Shown: piece by piece, positions 37,099 through 47,077 of the stretch
Position numbering within the stretch: the stretch's first letter is position 1
Layout: every line of letters begins with the position of its first letter
DNA from: Bacillota bacterium
GTDB taxonomy: Bacteria > Bacillota > Desulfitobacteriia > Desulfitobacteriales > JAJXUE01
Direction: 5' to 3'
Assembly: GCA_021811155.1 (NCBI GenBank)
Contig: JAJZPO010000004.1
Span: forward strand, 1,963 to 65,962
Length of the DNA: 64,000 nt
The notes under the pieces: generated by a model
Database searches by the model: none
Seen by the model: only the letters and a program-made list of their open reading frames with translations
What the model was told of the DNA's origin: nothing
Translations under genes and position numbers: made by a program

Positions 37099-39828
37099 TT
37101 GCAAACCATAGAGTTTAACCTGAACGGCCGGAACAAAGTTACCCCCGCCAACCCGGAGCGGAGCTTACTTTCAGTCCTGCGTGAGGACTTCGGCCTCACC
37201 GGTACAAAACAGGGCTGCGGTAAGGGTCAGTGCGGCAGCTGCGCTGTTATAGTGGACGGTAAAGTCCTCATGTCCTGCCGTATACCGGTTCGAAGCGTGG
37301 CCGGGAAAGCAGTCACCAGCATCGAAGGGATCGGCAGCCCCGACCACCCTCACCAGATTCAACAGGCCTTTGCCCTGAGCGGCGCCGTCCAGTGCGGTTT
37401 CTGCACTCCGGGCATGGTGATCCGGGCCAAGGCCTTGCTGGAGAAGAATCCTGACCCCTCCCGGGAAGAAATCATCCGGGCCTTTCAGCCGCACCTCTGC
37501 CGTTGCACCGGGTACGAGAAGATCATTGCGGCCGTTCGCATCTCCGCCCAGGCCCTGCGCGGCGAGGTCGACCTCCCCTCTCTCCAGCCTGATCCAGGCA
37601 GTCACCCGGTAGGACATTCCATCCCACGCCGTGATTCCCTCGCCAAAGCTGCTGGTACGGAACGGTACGCAGCGGACCTTCAACCGGATAATCCGGTGTA
37701 CCTGAAAGTTCTGCGCAGTCCCCATCCCCACGCCCGGATTATCAAGATCGATACCGGCAGGGCTGCGGCAGCGCCTGGGGTCTCAGCCGTATTTACGGCA
37801 GCCGATGTGCCGGGAACCAACCGGCTAAAAATCTCCCTGGCTGACCAGCCGCTGCTGTGTGACGACAAGGTTCGCTTTATTGGGGACCCAGTAGCGCTTG
37901 TGGCAGCTGAATCAGAGCAAGCGGCCACCTGCGCCCTGGCCCTGATCAAAGTGGATTATGAATTGCTGCCGGCAGTGTTCGACCCACTGGATGCGCTTCG
38001 TGCCGGAACGCCGCAAATTCATGCCGGCCGCCCCAATCTCCTGGCCGACCTGAAAATCGAGCGCGGCGACCCGGCAGCAGGATTTGCAGCATCCTCAGTA
38101 GTCATTGAGCAAACTTTTAGTACTCCTTACATCGAACATGCCTACCTGGAACCTGACGCCGGCATTGCTTACCTGGATGAGCAGGAGCGTCTGGTTATCG
38201 CCGCCGGCAGTCAGAATATCCATCATGACCGGAAATCGCTGGCTGATGCTTTGGGCATTTCGGCAGACCGGTTGAGGGTAGTGCAAACCCCAACCGGCGG
38301 AGCCTTTGGCGGCAAGCTGGATATTTCAGTGCAGGGTTTTCTCGGGCTGGCGGTCCTCAGGCTGGGACGCCCGGCCAAATTGGTTTATTCCAGGGAAGAA
38401 ACCCACCTCAGCACCTCTAAACGACATCCCTTTCATATCAAATGCAAACTGGGGGCAGACCGGTATGGGAAATTAACTGCTCTGGAGATGGATATTGTTG
38501 CCAACACCGGAGCCTATGCCACTTTTGGCAAGAGCGTAATGAACCGTGCCCTCATCCATGCCACCGGCCCCTATCGCATCCCCCACGTGCGCTTGCGGGG
38601 CCGCGTAGTTCACACAAATGGGCCTGTGAGCGGCGCGATGAGGGGATATGGGGTGCCCCAGACAACCTTTGCTATCGAAAGCTTGCTGGATATGGCAGCA
38701 GCCAAGCTTGGACTCGACCCCCTGCAGGTGCGGGCGCTTAACGGCTACCGTCAAGGTAACCTTACGGCTACCGGTCAGGTGCTGAACCATGAAATTGGCC
38801 TGCAAACCTGCTTGGAAGGACTCAGGCCTGCCTATGAGGAAGCAAAGAAATGGGCCGCCCAGGACAGCGGTGAGTTCAAGCGCGGGGTCGGTCTCGCTGC
38901 CATGTGGTTTGGCCCCGGTAAAAGTCAACCTGACGAATCCGAAGCCCGGATTGAGCTGCTGCCCGATGGCCACGTCCGGCTCCGTATCGGAGCTGCTGAC
39001 ATGGGCCAGGGCTCTGATACTGTTCTGGCTCAAATTGCGGCTGAAGAACTGGGCATACCCTTTGCCGCGGTCGACATTCATTCCACTGACACTTCGACGA
39101 CCCCTGACGGAGGTTATACCTCGGGCAGCCGGCAAACCTATATTTCCGGCGGTGCCGTTAGGGAGGCCGCTGTCGCCCTGAAGGCCGCGCTGTTGGATGC
39201 AGCAGCCCGGCATTGGAATCTGGCCGCAGAGGAGCTGGAATATGCCAACGGTCTGGTTTTCGGCAGCAGTCGGGACAGACAGCCGCTCTCATTAGCCGAC
39301 CTGGCCCGGCAAGGCTTGGTGCGGGGCCGGTTCTGCGGCCGGAGAACCGGGCAGATCACCAACCTCGACCCCTCAACGGGACAGGGAATTCCTTATGAGA
39401 CCTTCACTTTTGGCGTCCAGATGGCGGAAGTGGAAGTCAACACGTATACAGGTGAAACCAAAGTCAGGCGGGTCCTGGCGATACATGACTCTGGGACTCC
39501 CATCAATCCAATGCAGGTAGAGGGGCAGATTGAAGGTGGCATAGTCATGGGACTGGGCTATGCTCTGAGCGAGGAGTTTGTACCTGGCAGTTCGGAAGAT
39601 TTCACCCGCTACCGCATTCCCAGGTTCCGGGATGCCCCTGAAGTTGTGACTGCGCTGATTGACATTCCCCGTCCCGGCGGACCCTTTGGTGCAGCCGCCA
39701 TCGGCGAATGCGGCCTGGTTGCCACTGCCCCCGCTATTACCAACGCCATCGCCCAGGCCTGCGGAGCCAGGATCTCTAACCTCCCGGCAACCAAAAACAA
39801 AATCAGGGCTCAATTCCTCAAACCCTGA
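37099..39828 (+). CDS. MOP-type aldehyde oxidoreductase (2x[2Fe-2S] fused to a molybdopterin domain, no FAD domain)
   Basis: 909 aa. CGKGQCGSCAV and QCGFCTPG...CRCTGY, followed by a full Mo-binding portion (GGAFGGK, AMRGYGVPQ, GQGSDT, GECG). TTG start after AAAAGGGGGGG. Confidence 0.9.
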   Translation: MQTIEFNLNGRNKVTPANPERSLLSVLREDFGLTGTKQGCGKGQCGSCAVIVDGKVLMSCRIPVRSVAGKAVTSIEGIGSPDHPHQIQQAFALSGAVQCGFCTPGMVIRAKALLEKNPDPSREEIIRAFQPHLCRCTGYEKIIAAVRISAQALRGEVDLPSLQPDPGSHPVGHSIPRRDSLAKAAGTERYAADLQPDNPVYLKVLRSPHPHARIIKIDTGRAAAAPGVSAVFTAADVPGTNRLKISLADQPLLCDDKVRFIGDPVALVAAESEQAATCALALIKVDYELLPAVFDPLDALRAGTPQIHAGRPNLLADLKIERGDPAAGFAASSVVIEQTFSTPYIEHAYLEPDAGIAYLDEQERLVIAAGSQNIHHDRKSLADALGISADRLRVVQTPTGGAFGGKLDISVQGFLGLAVLRLGRPAKLVYSREETHLSTSKRHPFHIKCKLGADRYGKLTALEMDIVANTGAYATFGKSVMNRALIHATGPYRIPHVRLRGRVVHTNGPVSGAMRGYGVPQTTFAIESLLDMAAAKLGLDPLQVRALNGYRQGNLTATGQVLNHEIGLQTCLEGLRPAYEEAKKWAAQDSGEFKRGVGLAAMWFGPGKSQPDESEARIELLPDGHVRLRIGAADMGQGSDTVLAQIAAEELGIPFAAVDIHSTDTSTTPDGGYTSGSRQTYISGGAVREAAVALKAALLDAAARHWNLAAEELEYANGLVFGSSRDRQPLSLADLARQGLVRGRFCGRRTGQITNLDPSTGQGIPYETFTFGVQMAEVEVNTYTGETKVRRVLAIHDSGTPINPMQVEGQIEGGIVMGLGYALSEEFVPGSSEDFTRYRIPRFRDAPEVVTALIDIPRPGGPFGAAAIGECGLVATAPAITNAIAQACGARISNLPATKNKIRAQFLKP

Positions 39829-39841
39829 AAATAGCGCATGG

Positions 39842-40495
39842 CTAAAAACCGAATTTAGTCAGAGCATCAGGCAGGGAGCTAAGTTTGTCAATTACCAAGT
39901 CAGGCTCCTCTCTCAGGAGCACCTCCGGCTTATTCTCCCCACCCAAGATGATGCCGACTTTCACCCCAGCCTTTCTGGCTGCATAGAGGTCAGACAGGCT
40001 GTCCCCGATGTGGATTACTTCATCCTTTGCTGTCCCGAAGGTGGTGATTGCTTGTAACAAACCTTCCGGGTCAGGTTTTAGGACATTCACGTCATTTCTG
40101 GATACCGTGATGGAAAAGCTCTGATCCAGGCCAAACTTGGGCAGTACCTTTGCTAAGCTGATACGGCCAATATTGGATACCAGGGCCAGGCGGTATCCCT
40201 CCAGCCGGTGTAAAGTTCCGGCCAGACCGTCAACCGGCAGCCACCGGGAAGTCGCATCCAGATCATACTTATCATAAATGCCGGCTATGATTGACACCAG
40301 GTAACCATTGGCAAAACCCCATTCTTGCTCCTTTTCCTCGACATAATTGTAAATAGCCGCATAGTTCATCCCTTGCAATACTGCCGGATCAATACCTTCT
40401 CTGGACATTGCCGCGATGACCTCTGTCACCGCTCCATCAAGATTCCATTGAAAGTTGACCAAAGTGCCCTCAAAGTCAAAAGTGATTAATTTCAT
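39842..40495 (-). CDS. HAD-superfamily hydrolase
   Basis: MKLITFDFEGTLV (DxD-type motif I) ... GDSLSD. Preferred ATG 40495. Confidence 0.8.
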   Translation of the reverse strand: MKLITFDFEGTLVNFQWNLDGAVTEVIAAMSREGIDPAVLQGMNYAAIYNYVEEKEQEWGFANGYLVSIIAGIYDKYDLDATSRWLPVDGLAGTLHRLEGYRLALVSNIGRISLAKVLPKFGLDQSFSITVSRNDVNVLKPDPEGLLQAITTFGTAKDEVIHIGDSLSDLYAARKAGVKVGIILGGENKPEVLLREEPDLVIDKLSSLPDALTKFGF

Positions 40496-40759
40496 CTTTA
40501 CCTCATCCCAACACGTTAATGACAAATCTAAAAATTCTGACAGTTATCCCTCTAATGATATTCTCCATAGCCTATTCATTTCCTCTAACCTGAAATTAAG
40601 TTATGCCTGAGGTGACGATTCCCACTCCAGACCCGATAGAGGCCCGGAAAGCGGCCCTGACGGTGAGCTAACGTAAAGAGGCCAAAGCCTAACTCGTGAA
40701 GAGTGGGGCATTGGCCTTTTTGTTATGACCGTTGCAAATAATTAATTATTTTAAAGACT

Positions 40760-41830
40760 TCAACGATATTCCTTTGCCCGTTCCTCTCCTCTTAGTACCC
40801 TAAGCCCACCCTCGGCAAGAGCCAAAAGCTCCTCCTCTCCGGGGTAAACTACTACGGGGGCAAGAAAACTTACTTTTTCAGTGATTGCCTGTATGACAGC
40901 TTTGCCATGAGCTATTCCGCCGGTAAGAATTATTGCATCTATTCTCCCGTTGAGGACAGGAGCGCAACTGCCAATCTCCTTGGCAACCTGGTAGATAAAA
41001 GCATTATAAATCAGTCTAGCTTCAGGTTCCCCGGCTTCAGCCTTTGTGGCAACTGTTTTAAAATCATTAGTGCCAAGGTAGGACACCATACCCCCAAAGC
41101 CATTGATCTTTTTTTCCATTTCAGTACGAGTATATTTTCCGCTAAAGCACATCTGCACCAAGTCGCCCACCGGTACCCCGCCGCTTCTTTCAGGCGAAAA
41201 AGGGCCTTCGCCGTTAAGGGCATTGTTTACATCTACCACCCTACCCAGTTGATGCACTCCGACAGATACTCCGCCACCAAGGTGAGCCGCAATAAGCCTT
41301 AGTTCTTCATACCTTCTGCCGATGTCTCTGGCATACCTTCTCGCCACGGCCTTTTGATTCAGAGCATGGAATATGCTCTTTCTCTCAATCTCGCTCATCC
41401 CGGAAACGCGCGCCACAGCCTCGATTTCGTCGACCACGGGGGGATCGACCACAAAAGCGGGTATGTTGAGCGGCCCGGCAATAGAATCAGCAAGGATACC
41501 GCCTAGATTTGAAGCATGCTGACCCTGAACGCCGCTTCTTAAAGTTTCAAGCATTTCGTCATTTACCAAGTAAGTACCGCCAGGCACCGGTTTTAGCATC
41601 CCTCCCCTGGCCACTACTGCACTGAGCTCATCTAACTTAACCTTTTCCGCACTTAGAACCCGAAGTATTGCAGCCAAGCGAAACTGCAACTGGTCATAAA
41701 TAGCCGGATATCTGCTTAATTCTTCCGATGAATGCCTGATAGTAACCTCAAAGGTTTGATTTTCATCTTTATATACCCCGATTTTCGTCGAGGTTGAGCC
41801 AGGATTGATGATCAATAATTGAAACGTCAT
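40760..41830 (-). CDS. buk: Butyrate kinase
   Basis: 356 aa. [15 protein letters not shown] and full-length Buk-like sequence. Confidence 0.9.
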   Translation of the reverse strand: MTFQLLIINPGSTSTKIGVYKDENQTFEVTIRHSSEELSRYPAIYDQLQFRLAAILRVLSAEKVKLDELSAVVARGGMLKPVPGGTYLVNDEMLETLRSGVQGQHASNLGGILADSIAGPLNIPAFVVDPPVVDEIEAVARVSGMSEIERKSIFHALNQKAVARRYARDIGRRYEELRLIAAHLGGGVSVGVHQLGRVVDVNNALNGEGPFSPERSGGVPVGDLVQMCFSGKYTRTEMEKKINGFGGMVSYLGTNDFKTVATKAEAGEPEARLIYNAFIYQVAKEIGSCAPVLNGRIDAIILTGGIAHGKAVIQAITEKVSFLAPVVVYPGEEELLALAEGGLRVLRGEERAKEYR

Positions 41831-41832
41831 AG

Positions 41833-42798
41833 TTAATCACCCAAATGCTTTTCTGTGTTTTGACTTAGAAGTTGCCCGTTTTGATTAGCGACTAAAGCAG
41901 CCAGTACAATGGAGTTGACTTTTGCCTTGTGACTGTCAGCCCTTGAAGTTATGATCACAGGGGCAGCCGTTCCTACCAGGATCCCGCCGTACTTGGCCTT
42001 TGACGTATAGGTCAGTGTCTTGTACATCACATTTGCCACTTCAAAATTAGGCAGCAGGAAAATATCAGCCTTGCCGGCCACCGGTCCCGACAAGCCTTTG
42101 TGACTGGCTGCCCGTTCTGATATAGCAGTGTCCAGCGCCAAAGGACCATCGACTACACATCCCGTGATTTGTCCCCTGTCATTCATTTTAGAAAGGATAG
42201 CTGCATCGGTCGTGGCCGGTGAATCAGGATTTACCACTTCAACTGCACAGATTGGCGCTACCTTTGGGTTTCTTACCCCAAGAGCATGCGCTACAGCCAC
42301 TGCATTTTTCAAGATATCTATTTTAGCTTTCAGGTCAGGGTACATATTGAAGGCAGCATCCGTAATCAGCAAAAACCGGTTAAAGCCGGGAACTTCAAAG
42401 ACGGCCACATGGGAAATAAGCTGCCCTGTTCTTAAACCTTTCTCTTTGTTCAGCACAGCTTTGAGCAAGCTTGCCGTATCAATTAGCCCCTTCATGACCA
42501 TATCGGCTCTGCCGGTAGAAACTAACTCTACCGTCTCCAAAGCAGCCCTTTCAAGATTGGGCTGATGAATCAGTTCAAAACCGGTGATATCCAAGCCGAT
42601 TTTTTCAGCAGCCGCCTGAATCTTTTGCTTGTCGCCCACGAGTATTGCATCAACGGCGCCGGCTGTTTTGGCATCCCTTACCGCTTCCAGGACCTCTTCA
42701 TCCTGGGCTACAGCTACTGCTACTTTTTTGGTATTATTGTTTTGTATTTTTGCAAAAATCTGGTCAAAACGTTTAATTACTCTCACCTTTTCTGTCAT
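41833..42798 (-). CDS. ptb: Phosphate butyryltransferase
   Basis: 321 aa. Phosphate acyltransferase fold. Its stop lies 2 nt upstream of the buk start. Confidence 0.9.
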   Translation of the reverse strand: MTEKVRVIKRFDQIFAKIQNNNTKKVAVAVAQDEEVLEAVRDAKTAGAVDAILVGDKQKIQAAAEKIGLDITGFELIHQPNLERAALETVELVSTGRADMVMKGLIDTASLLKAVLNKEKGLRTGQLISHVAVFEVPGFNRFLLITDAAFNMYPDLKAKIDILKNAVAVAHALGVRNPKVAPICAVEVVNPDSPATTDAAILSKMNDRGQITGCVVDGPLALDTAISERAASHKGLSGPVAGKADIFLLPNFEVANVMYKTLTYTSKAKYGGILVGTAAPVIITSRADSHKAKVNSIVLAALVANQNGQLLSQNTEKHLGD

Positions 42799-42916
42799 TA
42801 TCTAAAGTGTCCACCGTTTATTATCTTTGTTAGAATAGCCTTTGTCAACAAAAGGCGATTTAGTCCTTTACTTGCTATGCCCCAATAGGATGCCCATTTG
42901 CCAGAACAGTAAAAAA

Positions 42917-42969
42917 CAGCAAAAAAGGTGACAGCCTTCGAGCAACTGGCTGTCACCTTTTTTTTGCTG
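42917..42969. terminator. Bidirectional terminator after the FmdE-like gene
   Basis: CAGCAAAAAAGGTGACAGCC-ttcgagcaact-GGCTGTCACCTTTTTTTTGCTG. Confidence 0.8.
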
Positions 42970-42970
42970 T

Positions 42971-43516
42971 TTACTTTGACCAGCCCCGGCTGTATTCACC
43001 GGCGCAGGGGATGCACACGATCTTGCCGTCCTTGACTCTCGCCCTGCTCTCAGCCACTGACTCCCCGCACTCGGCGCACTCGAGGGACTTGAACAGCCGG
43101 GCCATGCCGGGCAATTCCAGAGCAACTTTGCTGAAAGTGCAGAACTTGTCTTCCGGCAGGTCCAGCACCTCATGGACTCTTTGATGTTTGTTTTCCGTTT
43201 CAGAATGCAGCGCTGAAACTTTTATGGCAATGCGTACGGCTTCTCCGTTTTTGCGGTTGCCAATGGTGTAGACCTGTTTCCCATGGTCCCGGAACAGCAT
43301 GTTACCCTTACCCATGGTACAGCCTGTCATGGACTGGATAGCGTCCACAGCGCAGGAATCGTTCTCGACAATTGCGACGAGTTCTTCGTCCCCCGCCCTG
43401 TGCACTCCCAGTTCCCTCAGGGCAATCTCAGCTACCCGATAACCAATGGCTAATCCCGGGCAGGTGTGGCCATGAAAATTCACAGCGTCTTCCCAGGGAG
43501 TAGTCTCCATACACAT
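42971..43516 (-). CDS. FmdE-family protein with C-terminal zinc ribbon
   Basis: FHGHTCPGLAIGYR N-terminal motif and CAECGE...CIPC at the C-terminus. Confidence 0.75.
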   Translation of the reverse strand: MCMETTPWEDAVNFHGHTCPGLAIGYRVAEIALRELGVHRAGDEELVAIVENDSCAVDAIQSMTGCTMGKGNMLFRDHGKQVYTIGNRKNGEAVRIAIKVSALHSETENKHQRVHEVLDLPEDKFCTFSKVALELPGMARLFKSLECAECGESVAESRARVKDGKIVCIPCAGEYSRGWSK

Positions 43517-43562
43517 AGGTATTCCCCCTTCTGTCCGCAGAATTAAATTGCTTTATTTCAAG

Positions 43563-43618
43563 TATACCCCCTATAGGTATATAAGACAAGCTATACTCGG
43601 CAAAAGTTGCCGAGTATA
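43563..43618. promoter_or_regulatory. Two palindromes upstream of the FmdE-like gene; the first resembles a CsoR/RcnR-type operator
   Basis: TATACCCCCTATAGGTATA (43563-43581) and TATACTCGGCAA-AAG-TTGCCGAGTATA (43592-43618). Confidence 0.35.
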
Positions 43619-43774
43619 TGCTTTCTTACGAATAGGATGGCCATTTCAAGTCATACCAAGATCGAGAATTGAAAATTTGTGGAAGAAGAGTTCATCTGAC
43701 TGCCACAGATGACCCAACATCAGCGTTTTTCATCCCACTTGGTGACCCATAAGGTCATGGTTGTTTCCTGAGGT

Positions 43775-43805
43775 ACAAAAACGCTAGGTCAAGCGTCCTA
43801 GCGTC
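43775..43805 (-). terminator. ileS terminator
   Basis: Minus strand GACGCTAGG-acgcttga-CCTAGCGTTTTTG, 10 nt after the stop. Confidence 0.75.
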
Positions 43806-43814
43806 ATTAGGTGA

Positions 43815-46592
43815 TTATAGACTTGAGACTACCCCGGCGCAGCGCGGGCAGAGGCTGGAATGCTCCTCATTTTGGCCGACTTCTTCGGAATACATCCAGC
43901 AGCGCTCGCATTTTTCTCCGGGCGCCTGCTCTACAATCAGGTACAGGCCAGGATGCTGCTCGCCTGCTACTGCTCCGGCGGGAGGTGTATCTCCGGGCCG
44001 GTGCAATTTGACTTGCGAGACGATAAAGATTGAGGCCAGCCGGTCCTCTTCCACCGCGAGAAAATCATACAGATCCTGGAGCGGGAAAATATCAACTTTG
44101 GCGTTCAGGGAATGGCCTATCACCTTGTCCTGGCGCGCCAGTTCCAACGCCTTGGAAACGTCGCTGCGCACAGCGAACATCTTTTCCCATTTCGCTTCCA
44201 GTTCTCCATTCAGATATTGTTCCTTCACCTCAGGCATCAGGCTGAGCTGTACGCTGTTGGCCTCCCCGGGCAGGTGGGGCATGTGGCGCCAGACCTCTTC
44301 CATGCTGAAGCTTAGGATGGGGGCCAGGAGACGCACAAGGTGGGAGGTAATCTCATACATCACGCTCTGCGCCGCCCGGCGGTCGCCTGAGGCAGGGGCT
44401 TCGGTATATACCCGGTCCTTGACGATGTCCAGATACAGAGCGCTCATTTCCACACCGCAGAAATTGTGCACAGCGTGGAAGATCGCATGAAATTCGAAAT
44501 TGCGATAGGCATCCAGCACCCGTTTGGTGAGGGAGTGCAGCTTCAGAAGCGCCCATCTGTCGAGTTCGGGCAAAGCCTCGTAAGCCACCCTGTCCTTGGC
44601 CGGGTCGAATTCGTAGAGGTTCCCCAGCATAAAGCGGATGGTATTGCGGATCTTGCGGTAGGCTTCGGAAATCTGCTTTAGGATGTTGGGGGATGCTGCC
44701 ACATCGGACTTGTAATCCGCCGAAGAAACCCACAGCCGCAGGATGTCGGCGCCCATATCCTTAATAACATTCAGGGGATCGATGCCGTTCCCCAAGGATT
44801 TGGACATTTTCCTGCCCTGCTCATCCACCAGGAATCCGTGGGTGAGCACAGCTTTGTAAGGGGCTTGGCCAAAGGCCGCTACTGATGTGGAGAGGGAAGA
44901 GTTAAACCAGCCCCGGTGCTGGTCCGAACCCTCCAGGTACAGGTCCGCCGGCCAGGCAAGGCCTTTCCGCTCCTGCAGGACCCCAACATGGCTGGTACCC
45001 GAATCGAACCAGACGTCCATAATGTCGGTTTCCTTGCGGAATTTGTCCCCGCCACAGCTGCACTTCATACCAGGCGGAAGCAGGTCTGCCTCACTCAGGG
45101 CAAACCAGGCGTCTGAACCCTCGGTCCTGAATATCTCCTGGATCCGCTTGATAGTGTCGTCATTGATTATTTCCTTACCGCAGGATTCACAGTAGAAAAT
45201 CGGAATCGGCACGCCCCAGGTGCGCTGACGCGAAATGCACCAGTCTCCCCTGTCAGCTATCATATTGTAAATACGGTCCCTGCCCCAGGCCGGAATCCAT
45301 TCCACCTTGTCAATTGCCGCCAGGGCTTCCTGCCGAAAGCCGTCCACCGAGGCAAACCACTGCTCCGTGGCCCGGAAAAGAATCGGATGCTTGCAGCGCC
45401 AGCAGTGGGGATAGGAGTGCTCGATAAAATCGAGTTTTACCAGGGCGCCCTTTTCATCTAATGCTTTGGTGATTTCCTTGGTTGCCTTATCCACGGGCAT
45501 GCCTGCGAATGGCCCGCCCTGCTCGGTAAATTTGCCCTGGTTATCCACCGGGCAAAGAACTTCCAGGCCGTACTCCTTCCCTACCAGGAAGTCTTCTACC
45601 CCGTGGCCGGGTGCGGTGTGAACGCAGCCTGTACCGGCTTCAAGGGTAACGTGCTCTCCCAGGATTACCAGTGAGTCCCGCTCGAAGAGCGGATGGCGGC
45701 AGACCATGCGCTCCAGCTGCCGGCCCTTGAATGTCTTGAGGATCTGGTGAGATTCAAGCCCGGCGGCGGCTGCAAAGGACTCCATCAGTTCCTTGGCCAG
45801 GATCAGCTTCTCCCCGCCCGTCTCAACCAGCACATACTCAAATTCAGGATGCACGCTGATAGCCAGGTTGGCCGGAATGGTCCAGGGGGTGGTGGTCCAG
45901 ATTACCACAGAGGTATTCTCCTCCGGGAAAAGCCCTTTGGCATCAGTCACCGGAAACTTCACGTAGATTGATGCGGAGCGCTTGTCGGCATATTCCACTT
46001 CTGCTTCCGCCAGCGCTGTCTCGCAGGATGCGCACCAGTAAACGGGCTTTAGGCCTTTGTAAATATAGCCTTTTTTGGCCATCTCGCCGAAAACCCCTAT
46101 TTGCGCCGCCTCGTAATGGGGGTCGAGGGTGACGTATGGTTGTTCCCAGTCCCCCCGCACACCCAGTCGTTTGAACTGGTCGCGCTGAATGCCCAGGTAC
46201 TTCAGGGCATACTCCTTGCACTTCTGCCGGAATTCAACCGTGCTCACAGCATGGCGGTTGATGCCCAGCTTTTTGATAACCTGCTGCTCGATCGGCAGGC
46301 CGTGCGTATCCCAGCCCGGCACATAGGGCGAGTCGAAGCCGTCCATGGATTTGAATTTGACTATGATATCCTTCAGCACCTTGTTAAGGGTGTGTCCCAG
46401 ATGAATATCCCCGTTGGCGTAGGGCGGTCCGTCGTGGAGAATGTACTTGGGCTTGCCCTGGTTGGCCGCCTCAACCCGGGAGTAAATGTCCTCTTCTTCC
46501 CAGAACTTAAGAATCTCCGGTTCCCGCTGCGGCAAATTCGCCCGCATGGGGAATTCGGTTTGCGGCAGGTTTAGTGTTTTGCTGTAATCCAT
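43815..46592 (-). CDS. ileS: Isoleucine--tRNA ligase
   Basis: HIGH (PYANGDIHLGH) and KMSKS motifs. C-terminal zinc ribbon. Preferred ATG 46592 (MDYSKTLNLPQT) after GGAGGAAG. Confidence 0.97.
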   Translation of the reverse strand: MDYSKTLNLPQTEFPMRANLPQREPEILKFWEEEDIYSRVEAANQGKPKYILHDGPPYANGDIHLGHTLNKVLKDIIVKFKSMDGFDSPYVPGWDTHGLPIEQQVIKKLGINRHAVSTVEFRQKCKEYALKYLGIQRDQFKRLGVRGDWEQPYVTLDPHYEAAQIGVFGEMAKKGYIYKGLKPVYWCASCETALAEAEVEYADKRSASIYVKFPVTDAKGLFPEENTSVVIWTTTPWTIPANLAISVHPEFEYVLVETGGEKLILAKELMESFAAAAGLESHQILKTFKGRQLERMVCRHPLFERDSLVILGEHVTLEAGTGCVHTAPGHGVEDFLVGKEYGLEVLCPVDNQGKFTEQGGPFAGMPVDKATKEITKALDEKGALVKLDFIEHSYPHCWRCKHPILFRATEQWFASVDGFRQEALAAIDKVEWIPAWGRDRIYNMIADRGDWCISRQRTWGVPIPIFYCESCGKEIINDDTIKRIQEIFRTEGSDAWFALSEADLLPPGMKCSCGGDKFRKETDIMDVWFDSGTSHVGVLQERKGLAWPADLYLEGSDQHRGWFNSSLSTSVAAFGQAPYKAVLTHGFLVDEQGRKMSKSLGNGIDPLNVIKDMGADILRLWVSSADYKSDVAASPNILKQISEAYRKIRNTIRFMLGNLYEFDPAKDRVAYEALPELDRWALLKLHSLTKRVLDAYRNFEFHAIFHAVHNFCGVEMSALYLDIVKDRVYTEAPASGDRRAAQSVMYEITSHLVRLLAPILSFSMEEVWRHMPHLPGEANSVQLSLMPEVKEQYLNGELEAKWEKMFAVRSDVSKALELARQDKVIGHSLNAKVDIFPLQDLYDFLAVEEDRLASIFIVSQVKLHRPGDTPPAGAVAGEQHPGLYLIVEQAPGEKCERCWMYSEEVGQNEEHSSLCPRCAGVVSSL

Positions 46593-46602
46593 GCTTCTTC
46601 CT

Positions 46603-46840
46603 CCAAAATGAATTAACCTTCCCATCCCGAAAGGGACGAGAAGGCTGTCTCGCGGTACCACCCTTGTTGCCGGCAGCGCCGGCCCCTCGAGCCCCTCTAA
46701 CGGCGGGGAACCGGGACCTGCTAATGAAAAGTTCGCAAATCCGTTCAGGGGTGATTTTCAGCTGAAACTATCCCCGGGCTTGCACCTTTCCCCGGTCGCT
46801 TTAAGGAGTCGTCCCGCTTACTCTCCCCGTCATCACATTT
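46603..46840 (-). promoter_or_regulatory. T-box leader, Ile (AUC) specifier
   Basis: Minus strand has stem I GGGGAGAGUAAG.... Specifier loop CUGAAAAUCACC, with AUC at 46755-46753. T-box AAGGGUGGUACCGCG at 46666-46651. Terminator, then UUAAUUCAUUUU. Confidence 0.85.
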
Positions 46841-46854
46841 CACATATTGCCAAA

Positions 46855-46945
46855 AGTAGTCAGAATTCAGTAGTCAGAAGTCAGAATAATTCCAGACAGT
46901 AAGGCATCCTAACGTTTTCACTTCCGAATTCCGAATTCCTAGCTG
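46855..46945. repeat. Heptad-repeat element, copy D
   Basis: TCAGAAT TCAGTAG TCAGAAG TCAGAAT (46860-46887) ... CTTCCGA ATTCCGA ATTCCTA. Confidence 0.75.
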
Positions 46946-47077
46946 TAGTATTAGTATAGCCAAATAAAGCATTTTGTGTCAACCCGGCGCTACCTCATTG
47001 ACCTTCCCACCAATCTTTAGAACTATGAAAGTAGTGGGACCCCTGGCCGCAAACGTAGCCGGCATGCATAATGGGGC

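Noticed and set aside
40560-40740. Possible ncRNA or riboswitch between buk and the HAD gene (GAGGCCCGGAAAGCGGCCCTGACGG hairpin, AGGCCAA...TTGGCCTTTTT terminator-like hairpin)
   Set aside because: The terminator-like hairpin is adequately explained as the buk terminator read on the other strand. The remaining hairpins do not match any RNA family I can recall (SRP, 6S, ZTP, preQ1 and THF were considered).
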